Assembly (NCBI RefSeq): GCF_018977255.1
Contig: NW_024704742.1
Span: 94,552,001-94,616,000, forward strand
DNA: 64,000 nt
Source: Callorhinchus milii
Lineage: Eukaryota
Direction of reading: 5' to 3'
Part shown: positions 59,386 through 64,000 of the stretch, piece by piece
How the letters are laid out: each line of letters opens with the position of its first letter
Position numbering within the stretch: the first letter of the stretch is position 1
Notes under the pieces: model-generated
Seen by the model: the letters and a program-made list of their open reading frames with translations, nothing else
Database searches by the model: none
Told to the model about the DNA's origin: nothing
Program-made: the position numbers and the translations under genes

Positions 59386-59417
59386 ATGAACAAGGTCAAA
59401 ATGACCACAGACAAAGG
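59386..59417 (+). CDS. AGTPBP1: AGTPBP1 (CCP1/NNA1) first coding exon (exon 59344-59417), MNKVKMTTDK(G); gene continues beyond the window
   Basis: tttcag|...aagATG...AAAGG|gtgagt; 32 coding nt. Resembles the human N-terminus MSKLKVIPEK (from memory); syntenic and divergent from NAA35. Short match, so the call leans on synteny. Confidence 0.7.
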
Positions 59418-59589
59418 GTGAGTAGATGAAAGACTAACAGAACTAGTGGTTTTAATGAAGTGAAAAAAAAGTTTGGTTTCTGCAGTTCCTTTTCTGCACA
59501 AAAGGTCACTCCACTTTTACTGTAAAGTGCTGTGTGCTTTTTGATGGATAAGGCTGCATTTAAAAAAAATCTGATATTACTTGTATTAT

Positions 59590-59820
59590 ATTACCATTGG
59601 CAGACTGGCTTTCAGTGTATCTGCCTCCACCACCTGGAACTCCATCCCTTTGTTTCCCTCCTTCCCTTCCCCTGCCTCTTCCAAGGTCCATCTCGTGACC
59701 TTGCTCTTTGACTGTGCTTTTGGCAATCTTTCTCTTGCCTCCCACCTCTTTGGTGCCCATTCCCAGCTCGGTTAAGAACTGTCCAGCACCTTGGGACATC
59801 CTCCCGACTTGAAACACACT
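59590..59820 (+). mobile_element. L2 3' end
   Basis: TIGRLAFSVSASTTWNSIP. Confidence 0.7.
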
Positions 59821-61311
59821 TCTAGCAGGTGTGTATTTAAAAACTACACTGAATGCTCTTGTCAATGAAATCCATTTGTTAACTCTCGGAACCATTACAG
59901 AATTACCATGAAAGTGAAAAGTTCACTTGTATGAAATAATATAGTGTGAGTGATGGTGGGAGAGGATCGACATTTAGGCTAATGAGTGATGTTGAAATGG
60001 ACTCATGGACTTGACTGCCACACCCCCCTCCCCTCTGCAGTGTAACAGAAATAATGGTGAAAACTGGAGGTTTAAGAAATATAAAATTAGTGTTTATTTA
60101 AAGAGAAAATGGGAAGATTGAGGAGGGGTTTGGGGATTTTTTTCTAGTTTGAGGTGCTTCGTATTGAATAAACTGTTTTACTGTATTGATTTCTTTGAAA
60201 TGAACAAGCTTTGCTTTTGTCGTTAATTGTGGATGTGTTAAGTGTTTTTGTACGTTAGTAAATGTCAAATCTAAACACTATTAGGCAAGAACTTTGAGGA
60301 TGGATTCATGCCCAAAGCAGTATAAATCCGGCACAAGCATCCTCATGTAGAGCAGCTAAATTGCATTCCTATTTAAATTCTCTGCTCCAGTTAAGACTTT
60401 AACTGGGCAGTTTTCACAGTATGAATCACGGGTAACTTTCATAGTATTTTTCCATATTAATACTGCTCAGTAGCTTTGACTCACACAACATGTATCTACG
60501 TCTTCAAGTTTCATTTGTTAGACATTGAGGCTGAAGAATCATTGTCAGTGCTTTGGTTGCTGTGGACCTGACTAACTTCACCCCCACTTAACCCTTTCCA
60601 TTTCTGTGACCGGTGGATCGGGAGACCTTAAATAGTGTTGAACAGCTTCAAGGAGATGTTCGTGGGTAAGGCACCCATAGCTGGACAAGTGCCATCAAAT
60701 GTATTGATAGTTCTGCTGCTACCTTTAAACTTCATACTGGATGGCTGGGCTATGACCTTTAACAAGAATTTAAATGGGATTGAAAAAGTAAACCAAGGGC
60801 AATATTTTTAGATGCACTGAGACAGTAGAAAGAGTGGACAGCAATAACTGGCATTTGTATAGCGTTCTTCACGTAGGATAACATCTCTGCTTCACAGAGA
60901 ATGCTTTTGACTTTAAGCAAGGGAGGAGGGGCAGATGACAGTATGGTGGAAGTGGTAGGTTTTTAGGCCAAATGTAAAGACAAATAGAGTGGGGTTGAGA
61001 TGAAGAGGTACAGGGAAAATGCAGTTTATGGTCGCAAAGGGCAATTACAGGACAAACCAGGAAGCTAACCCAGAAGCTAATTAACCATTGGAACAGTTTA
61101 CTGGGAAGGGTAGTTGAAGCTGGACTCGTTTTAACTCCCATTTTATAGTTCAAGAAGAATTCCAGGCTAATTAACAAGGCTTGACCTTTAATTTCCAGTG
61201 AATATTGGTATGACCTTGATCTTCAGTGAACAAGTGCTCAAACCACATTGATTCATTTGATGTAGGATTTGATTCAGCCTAGATTATCACACCATATCTT
61301 ATTAACCACAA

Positions 61312-61500
61312 AAACAGCAAGATTGTATTTGTATAGCACCTTTCATGTCAGGAGGACGTCCTAAGGCACTGGACAGTATACAGCATATCAGGCCCGATCT
61401 GGGGTCAGGGAGGGAGAAGGGAAGGGAGGTGAAGGGGGTGACTGATGGCATGGTTGAAGAGGCAGGACTCAAAGGAGGCTAAGAAGGGGGCGAGGCGGAA
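61312..61500 (-). mobile_element. L2 3' end
   Basis: Reverse L2 tail and stem-loop. Confidence 0.7.
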
Positions 61501-62174
61501 TGATTGTTAAATACCAACCTTGCATTCAGTAGTGAGAAAATGGAAAATTCTTAGCACAAATGTATTATAAATTCATTTTAAATTCTAAAATGAAAATGTC
61601 AGTAATCTTTGAAGGTGTATAGAATTATTTTTTTTCTGACATACATTTCTAGAATGCACGTGCAAAATTAGATTGCCTCATGCTCCTATATATTTTATAG
61701 TTCAAGAAGAAATCCAAGCTATTGCACAAATGCACAAATCAACTTGTTAAATGTGGACTGCTTTGGATCTGCAACAATGATCTTCTGACTCAGAGGCAGG
61801 AGTTCTACCAACTGAGCCAAACTGATGCACAATTTTGTTAATCGGAATTTGAATGGATTTTTAAAAAAATAACAGTTCTAGCACACCATCAACTGTTTGA
61901 ACATAACGTATTCAAAAACAATATTTATTTGAAAAGAAAATTAATTTCAAAAGCTAAACAATTAAATCCGATTTTTGCCTTCCCTTCGCTTCCCCATCAT
62001 TCCAGAAATTAGAACAAAGAGGAGTAATGTGCAAATTGTTCTTTGACCAGTTTTGACTAGTATCAAATAAGTTTGAATTTACCTGATCTGTGTTGTATAT
62101 ATGTAGATATAGAACACAGGGCAGGAGGACAGTTGATAGTGTGCCGAAACTGTTTAGTTTTAACAAAATTGTGT

Positions 62175-62575
62175 GTCATTTTGGCTCAGTTGGTAGCAGT
62201 CTTGCCTATGAGTCAGAAGGTTGTGCGTTCAAGCTCCACATTGGAGCATTAAACTCAAGTCTCATCAGACACTCCAGTGCAGTGCTTGGGGAGTGCTGCA
62301 ATGTTAGAGGTGCTGTCTTTCTGATGAGATGTTAAACCAAGGCCCCATCTCTCTGTTCAGGTGGATGTTCGCGATCCCATGGAACTATTTGAAAAGAGAG
62401 TTTCTTTAGTATCCTGGCCAACAGTCCCCAAAATAAAGTTGGTCATTCACACCATGGCTGTTTGTAGGACATTATTCTGCACAACTTGGCTGTTGTGTTC
62501 CCCCACAAAATATAGTCACTACACTTTACCGTATATCTGTAAAGAGCCTCCTGACATGAAATTAATGTAAGGATT
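62175..62575 (+). mobile_element. DeuSINE (SacSINE1-like)
   Basis: Head GGCTCAGTTGGTAGC; core gacactccagtgcagtgcttggggagtgctgcaatgttagaggtgctgtctttctgatgagatgttaaaccaaggcc. Confidence 0.85.
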
Positions 62576-62700
62576 TTTAACACTGCTGTAAATTCATAAT
62601 TTTCATTTTACTCTTAATGTTACTATTGCTTTAATGGATTTCCAGCAGTCATTAACTTTGCTGTAAATCTTTTGAGTTTCCAGGTTGTGACACCCATTTG

Positions 62701-62810
62701 GAGTCCTGTAGCTCAGTGGTTAGAGCACTCGCCTCGCAAGCGAGAGACTTGGGTTTTATTCCTAGGTAGCAGTAAGTGGAACCTATTATTAGTCGATTGG
62801 CAGATTTCAA
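62701..62810 (+). mobile_element. tRNA-Ala SINE head fragment (long-variant module follows)
   Basis: gagtcctgtagctcagtggttagagcactcgcctcgcaagcgag...tagcagtaagtggaacc. Confidence 0.75.
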
Positions 62811-63016
62811 AGTCTATTTGGTTTATCTTTGAATGTCTACCTTTAGAGAACTTTTTAAATTATTTTAGTTGGGAATACTGTATGATTTTTAAAAAATTAT
62901 ACTTAAAATGAGACTTTAAGAAAAGAAATTCTAGCAAACCTAGTTTAGAATTGCAGGCCTTAGTGATATTTAAATTATTACCAGGTCTGAGGTGGATGGA
63001 CCAGCTTTTAATAGTA

Positions 63017-63154
63017 CAGTAAACCTCACTTAAGTTGTATCAGTTGGGATCATACATGTAATATGACTTGTACAAATTATGAGTTATGTGAAACTTGCTT
63101 AAGTCGTATCATATATGACTTATGTAAAGTTATGTATAAGTCTGAGTTATTACT
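63017..63154. mobile_element. possible Tigger-like MITE
   Basis: TA|CAGTAAACCTCACTTAAG left end; degenerate right end ...GAGTTATTACTA. Confidence 0.4.
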
Positions 63155-63159
63155 AATAG

Positions 63160-63332
63160 AAGCCTCGATGTCTGACAGGCAATTAGTCAGAACAGCAGGA
63201 GTCAAGGATAGAGAGCGAGTGCCATCCGTGTACATGTGGAAGTGACCCCAATGCCCGTGGGTGATATCACCGTGTGAGTATGTGGTTGGTGAAGAGGAGA
63301 TGCTCAAAGACAGAACCCTGAGGAACACCGCA
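63160..63332 (-). mobile_element. L2 RT remnant
   Basis: HFHMYTDG..AVLTNCLSDIEA. Confidence 0.7.
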
Positions 63333-63648
63333 TATGTTCCATCATCTCCTGCTCTTCCCATTTTCCTGCTGAAAGTCCATTTTAAAACAAAGCTACTGGC
63401 TTGTAAGTCTTCATTTTAAATCTAAAATGGGATGTATTATTTGGTGGTCACACTTTTCTAACCATAAACCAGGGTCATTTATGAAACCACTTCCACTCAG
63501 TCCTGCCCGTAATGTAGTGTCTTGTCAGTAGCACATAATACGTTTCTCCCATGCATTTGAAAACCTTTGGTTAAGCCCAGATGATGGACTTGCATCCCAT
63601 CTATTGTATTTTAGTAGCACCTAATGAAACATGATCTCCAATATTAAT

Positions 63649-63850
63649 ATAGAAGTCGCTAGGAACACACAGCAGGTCAGGTAGCATCCATGGAGAAAGG
63701 AAAATTAGTTAACGTTTCAGGTCTATGACCTTTCGTCAAAATGGTAACTCGTTTTCCTTTCTCCATGGATGTTACCTGACCTGCTGCGTGTTCCTAGTGA
63801 CTTCTATGTTTGTACCAGATTTCCATCATTTGCATTACTTTGCCTTTTGT
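63649..63850. mobile_element. palindromic Penelope-type element with a hammerhead-like core
   Basis: ~63-bp inverted arms at 63649-63711 and 63745-63807; same family as 48640-48855. Confidence 0.7.
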
Positions 63851-64000
63851 TTTCTCCAATATCAATGTTACCCCTGACTTGTGAGACTACTTTAGTAATT
63901 GAAGTGTTTTTCAAAAACCTGGTAAGTAGGGAAAAACTTTTATAATCTTGCAACTGAGAAGCAATTATACTGTTGTATGTCTAAGTGCTTCAGTTCTTTT

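Noticed and set aside
60600..60670. Extra AGTPBP1 exon ending GG|gtaag
   Set aside because: No convincing acceptor; the peptide does not resemble the expected next AGTPBP1 exon, and the flanks look like decayed CR1.

Overview
Eukaryotic vertebrate genomic DNA. The repeat content (DeuSINE/SacSINE1-like and tRNA-Ala SINEs, L2 and CR1 LINEs, Penelope-type hairpins) suggests a cartilaginous fish, possibly a chimaera; this is inference. The window holds the conserved GOLM1-NAA35-AGTPBP1 block. (1) The last two coding exons and 3'UTR of GOLM1 (+). (2) The complete NAA35/MAK10 gene (-): 22 coding exons traced by hand, all GT-AG, 2178 nt = 725 aa + stop, plus a putative non-coding exon 1 in a CpG island at ~41 kb. 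(3) The putative promoter/exon 1 (~49.2 kb) and first coding exon (~59.4 kb) of AGTPBP1/CCP1 (+). Most entries in the ORF track are LINE debris or chance ORFs. I found no clearly new gene system. The most notable items are RNA-structural: hammerhead-like cores inside long palindromic Penelope-type elements, an inverted repeat bracketing a frame-preserving GOLM1 exon, a LINE/SINE 3' stem-loop with a compensatory base pair, modular SINE architecture, and short uORFs in both 5' leaders. Repeat boundaries are by-eye estimates.
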